Origin: Octopus vulgaris
Lineage: Eukaryota
DNA length: 64,000 bases
Reading direction: 5' to 3'
NCBI GenBank assembly: GCA_951406725.2
Contig: OX597817.1
Coordinates: 40,858,001 to 40,922,000, forward strand
Under the pieces are notes generated by a model. That model had not been told where the DNA came from, did not search any database, and saw only the letters and a program-made list of their open reading frames with translations. Each line of letters starts with the position of its first letter. Position 1 is the stretch's first letter. The translations under genes and the position numbers were made by a program. Shown here piece by piece: positions 27,083 to 38,935 of the stretch.

Positions 27083-28441
27083 CATCATCATCATTGTTTT
27101 GCGTCCGCTTTCCATGCTAGCATGGGTTGGACGGTTCAACTGGGGTCTGGGAAGCCAGAAGGCTGCACCAGGCCCAGTTTGATCTGGCAATGTTTCTACG
27201 GCTGGATGCCCTTCCTAATGCCAACCACTCCACGAGTGTAGTGGGTGCTTTTTACGTGCCACCGGCACAGGTGCCAGACGAGTCTGGCAAACGACCACGA
27301 TCGGATGGTGCTTTTTATGTGCCACCGAGTCTGGCAATGGCCACGAACGGATGGTGCTTTTTACGTGCCACCAGCACGAGGCCAGTCGGGGCGGCGCTGG
27401 CAACGGCCACATTCGGATGGTTCTCTTACGTGCCACCGGCACTGGTAACTCAGCTGCAATTTCCATTGATCGATTCCGATTCTGATTCTCACTTGCCTCA
27501 ACAGGTCTTCACAAGTAGAGTTTTGTGTCCCAAGAAGGGGAGGTATGCATAAGTGAGCTGGCTACATCCCATGTAGAAGGCTACGTGTTATGGTCTCACT
27601 TGTCCTGCCGGGTCTTCTCACGCACAGCACACTTCCAGAGGTCTCGGTCTCTGGTCATTTCCACAGGTTCCCTCAACCGCTAGGGTGTGGCACTTTTTCA
27701 CACAACTATCTTCATCCATTCTCGCCACATGCCCATACCAGTGCAAACGTCTCTCTTGCACACCACATCTGATGCTTCTTAGGTCCAGCTTTTCTCTCAA
27801 GGTACTTACACTCTGTCTAGTATGAATACTGACATTACACATCCATGGGAGCATACTGGCTTCATTTCTTGCGAGTTTACGCATATCCTCAGCAGTCACA
27901 GCCCATGTTTCACTGCCATGTAGCATGGCTGTTCATACACACGCGTCATACAGTCTGCCTTTTACTCTGAGTGAGAGGCCTTTTGTCACCAGCAGAGGTA
28001 AGAGCTCTCTGAACTTTGCCCAAGCTATTCTTACTCTAGCAGTTACACTATCAGCACACCCGCCCCCGCTGCTGACTTGGTCACCTAGGTAATGGAAGCT
28101 ATCAACTATTTCTAGTTTTTCTCCCTGGAAAGTGACAGAAGTTGGTCTCAGAGCATTTTCAGTGTTTATTGTTCCTGAGCATCTGCCACATACAAAAACC
28201 ATCTTCCTAGTTAGCCTTCCTTTGACATTGCTACACCTCTTATGTGTCCATAGCTTACACTTGGTGCATCTTATAGAGTTTCTACCTACACCTTTTCTAC
28301 AGATCGAGCAGGGCGATCTACCTGAAGGCGTTTGTGATTTGTCTACCTTCCTACTTATTAGGACTTTGGTTTTAGCTAGATTGACTCTAAGGCCCTTCGA
28401 TTCTAATCCTTGCTTCCACACCTGAAACTTCTCCTCCAGTT
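27083..28441 (-). mobile_element. 5'-truncated RTE LINE: RT C-terminus with PHD-like finger, 3' UTR and (GAT)n tail, nested in a SINE
   Basis: GLRVNLAKTKVL..FHYLG..ARVRIAWAKFREL..KGRLYDACV..MLHGSETW..RRLHWYGHVARM. The interrupted SINE resumes after 28441. Confidence 0.92.
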
Positions 28442-28715
28442 GTAAATAATATGCCTTGATGGATTCCATCTGACCCATGCAAACATGAAGGTGGAGGCAT
28501 CAATCCGATGCTGGTGGATATTTAGAAGACAGTAAGGAATTAAAGACATAACAGAAAATTGAGGAGATATAATTGAATGATGTTGAATGAATAAATAAAT
28601 GACATTAAAGTCCCACTCTCACATAATTAGCCGAGTGACGTGTATGTGAAATGCTTAGCACGAAGAGAAAAATTAATTTAGACAGTGCCTCATTTTTGTT
28701 TTTCTATTTTATTAG

Positions 28716-28777
28716 GTTATTTTAGTTGCTATGACAAGTCCTAGAGAAATGAAAGCTTCATCAAATCTTTATAGAAG
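28716..28777 (+). CDS. SORT1: Sortilin exon 3
   Basis: ttattag|VILVAMTSPREMKASSNLYR(S)|gtaata, phase 0-2. Compare sortilin VILV...KLYRS. Confidence 0.88.
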
Positions 28778-28896
28778 GTAATAAAGCAACTTCATTTTTT
28801 AATTTTATATTGATTTGTGTGTGCTCTGTAACATTGTTGTGAAATTCCAATGAGTTAATAATGTAAAGTAATTGCCATATGTTTATGTTTTACATA

Positions 28897-28899
<3 letters not shown>

Positions 28900-28946
<47 letters not shown>
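28900..28946. repeat. (TC)n microsatellite
   Basis: Seen directly. Confidence 0.95.
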
Positions 28947-28954
<8 letters not shown>

Positions 28955-29884
28955 GAATAACTCTCTCAACTGTAGGCATCACTTTAGGGCTTTAGGTGAT
29001 CATGACTCGTGTTGGTGCCTTGAAAGACAATCACCCAGTACACTCTGTAAAATGGTTGGTGTTTGGAAAGGCATCCAAGTGTAGAAACCATGTGAAAGAA
29101 GAAACTGGTGCATGACACAGTCCTCTGACTCAATCAGACCCTATCAAATGGTGCAACCCCTATCAGCATGAAAGCCAGATGTCAAATGGTGATGATGGTG
29201 CATAAAATGTTGACATCCCATGGCTTTACTTGGGAGAAACTGTGATATGTTTACATTCCTAGTTAATGTTGTGTAGTGAGCTGGCAGAATTGTTAGAACC
29301 TCAGGCAAAATGCTTAGTGGCATTTCACGTTTGAGTTCAAACCTCTGCAGAGGTTGACTTTGCTTTTCAACCTTTTGGAGTCAATGAAATAAGTACCAGT
29401 CAAGCACTAGTGTCAATAATATTGACTAACCTCTTTCCACAAAATTACAAGCCTTGTGCCTACATCATCATCATCATCATCGTTTAACGTCTGTTTTCCA
29501 TGCTAGCATGAAAGAAAATTATGACTAATCACTCTGAAAAACAGGTCAGGATTATTGACAGGAAGAGCATTCAGCTAAAAATTCTGCCTCAATAACATTC
29601 CCAGCCAACCTATGGGAAAACAGATATTCAACAAAGAAATTAATTCAAAAGTATTTTATTTCTAGCTTCTTTTTCATGTAACAAGAGCTATGGCTGCAGC
29701 TTTTGTTGACTAAGACTATGATCTGTTTCTCTTTACTCTACTGACTCTATTTCTTATAAAATGTTCATTATACTGATCAGTATATTCCCAGTAATATCAT
29801 TGTTGAATATTGTTTAAAGAAGAGCAATGCCTTCGTGATCAGTTATTTATCTAGACTGGACAAGATTAATTATGAGCAGGTTGG

Positions 29885-30295
29885 TGCAGACATGGCTGTG
29901 TGGCTAAGACGTTTGCTTCTCAATCACATAGTTTCAAGTTCAGTTCTTCTGCATATCTTGGGCATGTATCTTCTACTATGACTCTGGGCCAACTAAAGCC
30001 CTTCGTGAGTGGATTTGATAGACAGAAACTGAAAGAAGCCTGTCACATATGTATGTAGATGTGTGTTTGTGTCTCCTTGTCTTGACATTGCATGATAGTT
30101 GTAAATGGTTTTCAGTATCATTTGTTTCCAATTGTCTGTGTAAACATATCATGCCATAGGGAAATGTTATTTGACTTAGTAACTGGTAAGAACTGGCAAC
30201 AAGAAAGACATTTGACAGCAGAAATCTGCTTCAATATACTAGACTCCAATCCATGCAAGCATGAAGTGGTGGTCATAAAAACAATTATGATGATT
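29885..30295 (+). mobile_element. SINE with family-B head and RTE-like 3' tail
   Basis: catggctgtgtggctaag..ttcaagttcagtt..gtggatttgatagacagaaactgaaagaagcc, ending ccatgcaagcatgaagtgg..atgatgat. Confidence 0.7.
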
Positions 30296-31137
30296 TTGAT
30301 AACCATTTATCTCTTTCTCCTTAAAGTCATTAAGATAAATAGTTTCAAACATTTATTTCAATGTGTTCACCCTACTAGGCTTATCAGTCATAAGTATTTC
30401 CTTCTGTAGACCTATGGCAGTGGTTTGTTTAACCAGAACTTTAAGTATCCTACAACAATAACAAAAGAGTTTAACAATACACATTTTATTTACAAATAGG
30501 AAGGAAAATATTAATTGTTAAAACAAAACAAGTGTAACTCTAAATCAAACAGGCTTTAAGTGGAAAGATAATCTTTACACTTAAAGCCTGTTTGATTTTG
30601 TCTAAATTTTTGTTGAATGAAAAAATATTTAGAAAGATGGCTGAATAAAGACACAATTGCTGAATTCTTTTACTGGTCTGTATTGTTATTCTATGAAAAT
30701 TTTTATAATTCTTAATCAGCTGCATGCCATATTGAGCCTTATGGCTTTTAAGCTTGAGACTGAATTGTTTATCATAGATACTTGATTTAGTTTAAATTTT
30801 GACAGCCTTCCACAGTTTACAAGCTGGTGTTTATCTCATTAACTGATGAGAGATAAAAAGTCAAGTCAATATCAGCAAGACATGCAAATAGTTCAGCTTA
30901 CTTTGTCTTTCAGTTTTTCTCCCATGAAACCATGACTTAGCACATAATCTTAGTGTTTGAATGTCCATGGAGGATTCACCATATGACTATTTGTATATCT
31001 TCTTTTCTTAACACCAAGTATTGATGCAAGTTGAACCACTGTTTTAAAAAGGTCTATTCATTACCTTGGAGTTCCTATATAGTATACAAATTGAAACATT
31101 TTGTATTTAATTTCTTAATATTTATTAACAAGAGAAG

Positions 31138-31350
31138 ATGGTGAGCCGGCAGAATTGTTAGCATGCTGGTTAAAATGCTTAGCAACATTTCATCTATCTT
31201 TTTGTTCTGAGTTCAAATTCTGCTGAGGTTGACTTTGCCTTTCATCCTTTTGGGGTCAATAAAATAAGTACCAGTTGAGCACTGGGGTTGATGTAATTGA
31301 CTTAACCCCTCCCTTGAAATTGCTGGCCTTTTACCAAAAATTTGAAACCA
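31138..31350 (+). mobile_element. tRNA-derived SINE (family A)
   Basis: ggtgagccggcagaattgttagc...gagttcaaattc...gcctttcatccttttggggtcaataaaataagtaccag. Confidence 0.85.
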
Positions 31351-31656
31351 ATATTTGTTAATGAGGAAATTTTTCAATGCTAGCTGCTATTTCAATGCCA
31401 TAAGCTATACTGTATTTACTTATGTATAAGTTGCATTATTTTATACTTGATTTTAACTGGAAAAAACTGGGGTCCTATACATGAAGGAAAAACTTTTTGT
31501 ACTAGGATTTAACACTAAGTTAGGGATGTGACTTATACACAAGTAAAATACAGTATATATAGTTGTTTGATATTAGATATATGTGTGTATCTTGTTGATA
31601 GAAAGTTTTCTGTTTTAACTTGTCTCTAACTGCTACTTGTTAAATTTAATTTACAG

Positions 31657-31759
31657 TGACACTTTTGGAGGAAATTTTAAAGAGATTAGTTCGTTGTTGG
31701 AAAATGATATTATCAGAAAGCTCAATGGTTTGCAGCACCATAAGTCCAATGTGAAAAAG
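31657..31759 (+). CDS. SORT1: Sortilin exon 4
   Basis: tttacag|(S)DTFGGNFKEISSLLENDIIRKLNGLQHHKSNVKK|gtgata, phase 2-0. Confidence 0.9.
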
Positions 31760-31921
31760 GTGATATTCCTACCCTTTTGCATATAGTTTTCTCTCTTTCA
31801 CCACTTTCTTTTTTCTAACATTTATTCGCTCTCTTCTTTTGCACTCTACTGTTTCTCTTTCCCGCTGCTACTATAAGATATATAAATTTAACACTATGGA
31901 ACTTCTTCTTTCTTATTTCAG

Positions 31922-32071
31922 ATCTATGTTATTACCTACTCTAACTTATTTATCACTGAAGATGGTGGCAAGAGTTTTACAAAAGCACCATTGAATTTTA
32001 ACCTGGATGGTTCATTGGTATTTAATGACATCAGTGAAAACCACATACTGACTAGAGAGTCTGAGAAAAAG
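31922..32071 (+). CDS. SORT1: Sortilin exon 5
   Basis: atttcag|IYVITYSNLFITEDGGKSFTKAPLNFNLDGSLVFNDISENHILTRESEKK|gtatgt. Asp-box TEDGGKSF. Confidence 0.92.
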
Positions 32072-32649
32072 GTATGTAAGAGTCAGTTTATGATTATGCA
32101 TTAGTTTAGCTGGAACATTCAATTCCATCCCATAAGAGGTACTGGTATTTATTTTCTATTTCTACTTGTCTCTTATTAAAGAGTTTCATTGTTATTCATT
32201 GAATTATATTATTGGACCATCTATTTTTATTACTCAATCAGTATTTAGTATAGCTAGTCTCAGAATTTCCTTTTTAATGTTCCAAGTACCCACCTCCTCT
32301 TCTTGGTTTCTTCATCAAAAGGTAAAGTAATGTGTGTTGCAAAGGAACAAACTTATATTATTAGTTAATGAAGAAAAGGCAGTTCTTTTGGATGGAACAG
32401 GATCAACTTAATTGGTTACAGTCAGTGTAAGTTAATCTCAGATTTGAATTGTTGCAGATTATTGACTGGAGATAAAAATGTGGGCCAGATGGGTGTCCCA
32501 GAGACACTCAGATCTGGAAAATACTAATTAGGCAAATTATCTCTGTATAGAATTAATATAAGTGAGATGAAGAGGGTGAACCCAAGTGTCCGTGGTTTAT
32601 GGTTAGTGTACTGTCCTAATATATTCTAATTCCCAATACATCAAGCTAA

Positions 32650-33032
32650 GTGAAATCATAGTTGTGGCCAGTGCTAATGATATATGAAAGGCACCCATGC
32701 TGGTGAAATGTAAAAGGCACCTGTGCCAGTGACATAAATGGTACTTGTGCTAGTGACACGTAAAAGGCTCCCATGTCAGTGGCACATGAAAGGCACCTGT
32801 GCTGGCGACACATAAAAGGCACCCATGCTGATGTGTAACAGGTACCGTTGCCGGTGATGCATAAAAGACGCACAGTACACTCTGTGGAGTGGTTGGAGTT
32901 TGGAATGGGCATCCAGCTGTAGAAACTAAACCAAAACAAACTGGAGCTTGGCACAGCTCTCCACCTTACCAGCTCCAGTCAAACCATCTTATCCATGCCA
33001 ACATGGAAAACAGATGCTAAATGATGATGATT
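32650..33032 (+). mobile_element. RTE 3' UTR-derived element with expanded ~30-bp tandem repeats
   Basis: About seven units of aaaaggcacctgtgccagtgacacat, followed by the RTE tail catggaaaacagatgctaaatgatgatga. Confidence 0.75.
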
Positions 33033-33386
33033 TGCACTTTGTAAACAGAAAAGAAAGTTAGCTGCTGTCGTGGTTTCCACTTACAGTAAAAGGACAATAC
33101 TGATATGTAATACAGATGGAATATGCTTGGTGAAGAAATGTTGAGAGTCAGTGGTGGGATGTACAGTAAAGATATGGGGAGAAATTTAATTAGGCTAGAC
33201 CCAGTTATAGTAAGTTGAGATGATGCAGGTAGAAATGTATTCAGTAAAGAGAACTGTATTTTGTGATCGGTCTAAAAGGTTTACTTTCATATACTTCATA
33301 TCAACTCTGGTGTGTGTATAAACAAGAGAGGGAGAAATATAAAAAAACAAAGATTGCTTTTAAAGCTTGTTCATAATTTCTTTCAG

Positions 33387-33457
33387 CAACTCCATCTTTC
33401 AAGTGACGGTGGAAGGAAATGGAAACCTATTGCTTCAAGCGTTAATCTATTTTTTTG
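33387..33457 (+). CDS. SORT1: Sortilin exon 6
   Basis: ctttcag|QLHLSSDGGRKWKPIASSVNLFF(W)|gtaagc, phase 0-2. Asp-box SSDGGRKW. Confidence 0.92.
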
Positions 33458-34755
33458 GTAAGCATTTTTTCTATTTGTTTTGTTTCTCCTGCACTTGTTG
33501 ATCAAAATTCTTATCAACAAACATCCCTCTTTCTATACTTCTGGCCACCTCACTACCCACCTCAGCCTCTCATTGTTGACATCCATGGCACTCTTTTACT
33601 TCCAAGCATTTCCATAACTATCTATCACTTGCTCTTACTTCTCTCTTGTCAGCAAACATTTCACTTCCATTGGTATCTTTCCTCAATGACCTCTGCTATC
33701 GCTGTTTCTCTCATTTCTCCCTCCTCTTCCATACTGTTACACCACTCACTTTTATTTTCTCTTCTTTCTATCTCACCTGACTTTATTTTCTACAAACACT
33801 TTTTCTCCTCAATCCATTGGTCGAGTGACAGCATTGAGCAATGAGGACTGTTTTGTCTTAAGGGCTGGTGTCAGAATAAAATGCACCCTGTACACTTTAT
33901 GAAGTGGCTGTGGAACAAATGGAAAAAATGTGGGGCCAAGAAGACCCTTCAGTCATGTCTTGTTGAGGATATAACAACTTCTGATGCTAATAGAATACAC
34001 TCAGTACATGCTGTAAAGTGATTGGTGGTATGAAGGACATCTAGTGTTAGAGGCCATGCCAAAAATGAAATGCATGGTTGAAACATAGCCATCCAACTCA
34101 CCTAGGAAGACATTAACAACAAACAAGAACTGATTCAGATCATGTTGACCAGTGCAGCCCATGCCAACATGAGAAGTGAACATAAAATTATATTGCTGGT
34201 GGTGATGGTCACGGCGGCAGTGAGGAGGAGTATAAAAATCTACTGCAAGCATATTTGAAAGTAGAGGGACAGAAAATATACCTTGTGCTATTTAATTATG
34301 TCTCTCTATAAAGTGAGTATAAAGTATCCTGGGGGTTCTTTTTGTCTATATTTTTTTCTGGGATCAACAAAATAAAGTACTAGCTCAACTAAAGCCTTGA
34401 GAGTAGATTTGTTAGAGACAGAAACTGAAAGAAGCCCATCATGTGTGTGTGTCTTTCTCTCTCTCCCTCCCTCTCTCTATCTATCTATCTCTTTCTCTCT
34501 ATATATATATATATATCTATATGTAGCATTCTTGTTGCAAAAACAAAGAGGTGTGGGTTTGAGTCCCACATGTACAGGAAAACTTACTTTTTTCTGTCAA
34601 GGGCTTATATGCCCCATTATTAGACTATTTTCTTTAGTCATTGCACGGTGATCGCTTATAAGCTTATAAAATACTATTATTATTATTTACAGAATTGTAA
34701 AAATTTATGCTGCTTAACAAAAACCATATATATATATAATATAGGCAATATCACT

Positions 34756-35314
34756 CAGCTCTCCAGCCATCTATTTAAAACTGTATACAGCTATGGTACG
34801 ACCACACTTGGAATTCGCATCATCAGTTTGGAACCCCTATCTTGCTCAGAACATTGACCTCCTGGAATCTGTTCAGAGACGTGCAACCAAACGCATACCC
34901 TCCATCAGACATCTACCATATTCTGAGCGCCTTGTTTCCCTGGGCATGGATTCACTGAAGCTCCGGCATCTGGCGACGGACTTGGTAAACACCCACAAAG
35001 TTGTCAACCACCTCACCAATAACAACACTGAACACCTTTTTGATCTCCATGTGTCTAACACACGTGGACATGCCCACAAAGTCAGAAAACAACACAGCTC
35101 CCATGACTTTCGGAAACATTTCTTCACACTCAGAGTTGCTGAAGCATGGAATAAACTGCCTGCATCAGTTGTTGACTGCCATGACACTGCATCCTTTAAG
35201 GCCCTCATGCTTTCCGAAATCCGTCGAAACTACACCTGATTATATATACACTTTCGATGAGTTGTAGTGCACCTGAGCACTGTACACAATGTTTATTATT
35301 ATTATTATTATTAT
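34756..35314 (+). mobile_element. 5'-truncated CR1-clade LINE with (TTA)n tail
   Basis: MVRPHLEFASSVWNP..LESVQRRATKRI..RKHFFTLRVAEAWNKLP. Homologous to 50158-51246 and shares the 3' hairpin gtgcacctgagcac. Confidence 0.9.
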
Positions 35315-35447
35315 TTCTAATCTTCCATGAAAACATGTCTGGCCAAGGTGAAATATTACCTTGCTTGGAAAGAGGTGGGAGTTGAATTCTGTCCAACCCC
35401 TGCAACTATGGAAAAATAAGCATTATGACAATGTTGATATATATATA

Positions 35448-35752
35448 TACTCTTTTACTTGTTTCAGTCTTTTGACTGTGGACATGCTGGAGCACCGCCT
35501 TTAATCAAGCAACTCAACCCCGGGACTTATTCTTTTGTAAGCCCAGTACTTATTCTATCGGTCTCTTTTGCCGAACCGCTAAGTAACGGGACATAAACAC
35601 ACCAGCATCGGTTGTCAAGCAATGCTAGGGGGACAAACACACACACGCATATATATACATATATACGACGGGCTTGTTATAGTTTCCGTCTACCAAATCC
35701 ACTCACAAGGCTTTGGTTGGCCCGAGGCTATAGTAGAAGACACTTGCCCATG
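35448..35752 (-). mobile_element. SINE family B, 5'-truncated
   Basis: Reverse complement of the 37330-37670 copy. Confidence 0.85.
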
Positions 35753-35850
35753 GTTCAAACTATGTCATTAGTTGATAATAGCTTGCTTTAATACTAACTT
35801 GCTCTATCTAATTTTATTCTGTCATAGTTAGACTCTTTTTTCATTTACAG

Positions 35851-35921
35851 GTCAACTTCAAAACATGATAAAAGCTATACTGTCTACATATCACAGAAGA
35901 ATGACTCCTATACCTCAACTT
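35851..35921 (+). CDS. SORT1: Sortilin exon 7
   Basis: tttacag|(W)STSKHDKSYTVYISQKNDSYTST(Y)|gtaagt, phase 2-1. Bridges exons 6 and 8 in frame. Confidence 0.85.
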
Positions 35922-36651
35922 GTAAGTTTTGCATTTTAAGCTCATGTCTTATTACTGGGTGTAACTAAATGCCTGTATAATATTTGTAATGTAAGATCAG
36001 AGTTTTTGATATTAACAACAATAGCTCTTCCACGCTGGAGTGATTCAATAGAAACTTGATATAATATTTTTAATGCATACTGGGGGCAGGTATAGTGGTC
36101 TTTCTCCTGGGTAAATAGTGAATCTATTTATACTGTGTTGTTGAAGCCCAAGTTAACCATATTCAAACTTACCTATAATCAAAAGTTTTCCAATGATGAC
36201 CATCCTGTCTTCAGATATAGCTTAACTGGGACTACATTGGACAAAAGTGTTGTTCCTTTTATAATAATAGTAGTAATAGTTTTTAATTTCGAAGATATTT
36301 GGCTGCTATTTCTAGCAAGTTGTATGACCATGTAGAAGCTCTCTCATTGATTTGAGTAGCTTGTAGAGATATACCACTGTATCTGTGCTGAATGGATGAG
36401 GAGAAAGATAGTATGTTTCATAAAAATACTTACAATGATGACAAATAATATCTGCTGCTTAATAAAATATAAGATTTTCTGTCCATACTAAAGTAAATTG
36501 CTTATAACAGTCAGTCTGTGTGTCATCATCATCATTTAATGCCTGTCTTCCATGCAAGCATGAGTTAGATAATTTGACAGGAGCTGATGAGCTAGAGGAC
36601 TGCACTGAACTTCAAAGTTTGCTTCAGCATGGTTTCTACAATTACTTTACT

Positions 36652-37032
36652 TACTCTTTTACTTGTTTCAGTCATTTGACTGCGGCCATGCTGGAGCACC
36701 GTCTTTAATTGAGCAACTCGACCCTGGGACTTATTCTTTTGTAAGCCCAGTACTTATTCTATCGGTTCTCTTTTGCCGAACCGCTAAGTAACAGGGACAT
36801 AAACACACCAGCATCGGTTGTCAAGCAATGCTAGGGGGACACACACACACACATATATACATAAACATATATACGACGGGCTTCTTTTCAGTTTCCGTCT
36901 ACCAAATCCACTCACAAGGCTTTGGTCGGCCCGAGGCTATAGTAGAAGACACTTGCCCAAGGTGCCACGCAGTGGGACCGAACCCGGAACCATGTGGTTG
37001 GTAAACAAGCTACTTACCACACAGCCACTCCT
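36652..37032 (-). mobile_element. SINE family B, full length
   Basis: Reverse complement begins ggagtggctgtgtggtaagtagcttg..ggttccgggttcggtccc. CpGs are retained, suggesting a young copy. Confidence 0.88.
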
Positions 37033-37271
37033 GTGCCCATGGGATACGCTTCCCATCATCAACCACTGTGTGCTTGTTTTCAATGTGTTGGCACTAATGA
37101 GGTCGCCAAGAATCTCACAAGACAAGACTAGACCCCTTTCACTAAGTGGGAGTGCATTCTTCACAAAGTCCTCTCAATCAACACAGCACCCCAGCATTTG
37201 CCTCAGCACTGTTAAAATCTCAATAAGTTTGTACATGTGGATTCTCCTTTGTTTGCTAATAGCATTTAGGT

Positions 37272-37672
37272 TCAGGAGTGGCTGTGTTGTAAATATCGCT
37301 TGCTTACCAGCCACATGGTTCTGGGTTCATTCCCACTGCGTGGCATCTTGGTCAAGTGTCTTCTACTATAGCCTCGGGCCAACCAAAGCCCTGTGAGTGG
37401 ATTTGGTAGACGGAAACTGAAAGAAGCCCGTCGTATATATGTATATATATATATATATGTGTGTATGTTTGTGTGTCTGTGTTTGTCCCCCTAGCATTGC
37501 TTGACAACCGATGCTGGTGTGTTTACGTCGCCATCACTTAACGGTTCGGCAAAAAGAGACCGATAGAATAAGTACTGGGCTTACAAAGAATAAGTCCCGG
37601 GGTCAATTTGCTCGACTAAAGGCGGTGCTCCAGCATGGCCGCAGTCAAATGACTGAAACAAGTAAAAGAGTT
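37272..37672 (+). mobile_element. SINE family B, full length
   Basis: ggagtggctgtgttgtaa...gactgaaacaagtaaaagag. Inverted relative to 36652-37032. Confidence 0.88.
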
Positions 37673-37719
37673 AGAGAGAGTATATTAACAAATTCTTTAT
37701 TATTATTATTATTTTCAAA

Positions 37720-37945
37720 AAGGCGGTGAGCTGGCAGAATAATTAGCACGCAGGGCAAAATGCTTAATGAAATTTCATTCGTCTTTGTTCTGAGTTCAAG
37801 TTCTGCTGAGCTTGACTTTGCCTTTCTTCCTTTTGGAGTTGATAAATTAAGTACCAGTGAAACACTGGGGTTGATGTAATTGACTTGTCCTCTCCCCCAA
37901 AATTTCAGGCCTTGTGCCTATAGTAGAAAGGATTATTATTATTAT
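37720..37945 (+). mobile_element. tRNA-derived SINE (family A) with (TTA)n tail
   Basis: ggcggtgagctggcagaataattagc...gataaattaagtaccag...gaaaggattattatt. Confidence 0.85.
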
Positions 37946-38259
37946 TAAAATTGCACAACTAAGCTCTGTTTGTACTTAATGATGTGGCTATCTAGCAGAA
38001 ATGGTTTTGTACTGTCAGTATCACATAAAAAGTACCCACTACACTTTGTAAACTGGTTGGTATTAGGAAGGATAACCAACCATGCAAACCATACCAAAGC
38101 AAACACTGGAGCTTGGTGTAGTCCTCTGGTTTACCAGTTCCTGTCGAAGCATCCAATCCATGCCAGCATGGAAAATGTTAAATGACAATGTTAACGACAA
38201 CTGCACATGGAGTAAAGAATTTAGATCTATTTTATGTACTAACTTCAAATCCTCTTGGG

Positions 38260-38592
38260 GGGTCATCAAAGTAAGTATTAACTGGTTACGATGATGAGGG
38301 TTCCAGTTGAACCAATCAATGAAGCAGCCTGCTTGTGAAATTAACGTGCAAGTGACTGAGTATTTCACAGACACACATGCCCTTAACATAGTTGTCAGGG
38401 AAATTCGGCATGACACAAGGTGGGAAAAGGCTAGCCTTTTGAAATACAAGTGCTACTCATTTTTGCCAGCTGAGTAAACTGGAGCAATGTGAAATAAAGT
38501 GTCTTGCTCAAGGACATAGTGTGCCATTGGGAATTGAACTCAACTTTACAATTGTGAGTCAAATACCCTAACTACTAGGCCATGCACTTTCA
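38260..38592 (-). mobile_element. tRNA-derived SINE (family C)
   Basis: Reverse complement: gtgcatggcctagtagttaggg..gagttcaattccc..gtccttgagcaagacactttatttcacattgctccag. Confidence 0.7.
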
Positions 38593-38804
38593 CAAAAAAA
38601 AATGGTATTAGTAATACACTGCATTTGTTTTTGATCTTCAGCCAAAGTAAGAAATTGTTATCTAATTCTTCTAGAATTACAATTTTTCAAAGAGGATTTT
38701 ATATTAAATAACCAGATTGTCATATGCATGTCTACATGGAAATAAGAAGAGTGGGTAGAGTATATGCATGCTTCCTGAATAATAATTCTGTTTGTCTTTA
38801 ACAG

Positions 38805-38935
38805 ATTACAAAGGTGATGTATATACACTGAAAAAATCCAGTGGCGACTACAAAGTATGGAAATCTCTGTTACATGAAGTAGTTTCTTTTGGAATACAAG
38901 GAAATTTCATTTACGCAACAACTCTTACAAAGGAT
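38805..38935 (+). CDS. SORT1: Sortilin exon 8
   Basis: ttaacag|(Y)YKGDVYTLKKSSGDYKVWKSLLHEVVSFGIQGNFIYATTLTKD|gtgagt, phase 1-0. Compare sortilin YSFGLGGRFLFAS. Confidence 0.92.

Noticed and set aside
21680-28478. The two minus-strand RTE segments as halves of one element
   Set aside because: The order is wrong: on the minus strand the 3' half lies upstream of the 5' half. The 27083-28441 copy has its own tail and sits inside a SINE.
36818-37729. 192-aa and neighbouring ORFs as host genes
   Set aside because: They are chance frames through SINE family B copies, and the same peptides recur at other SINE copies.
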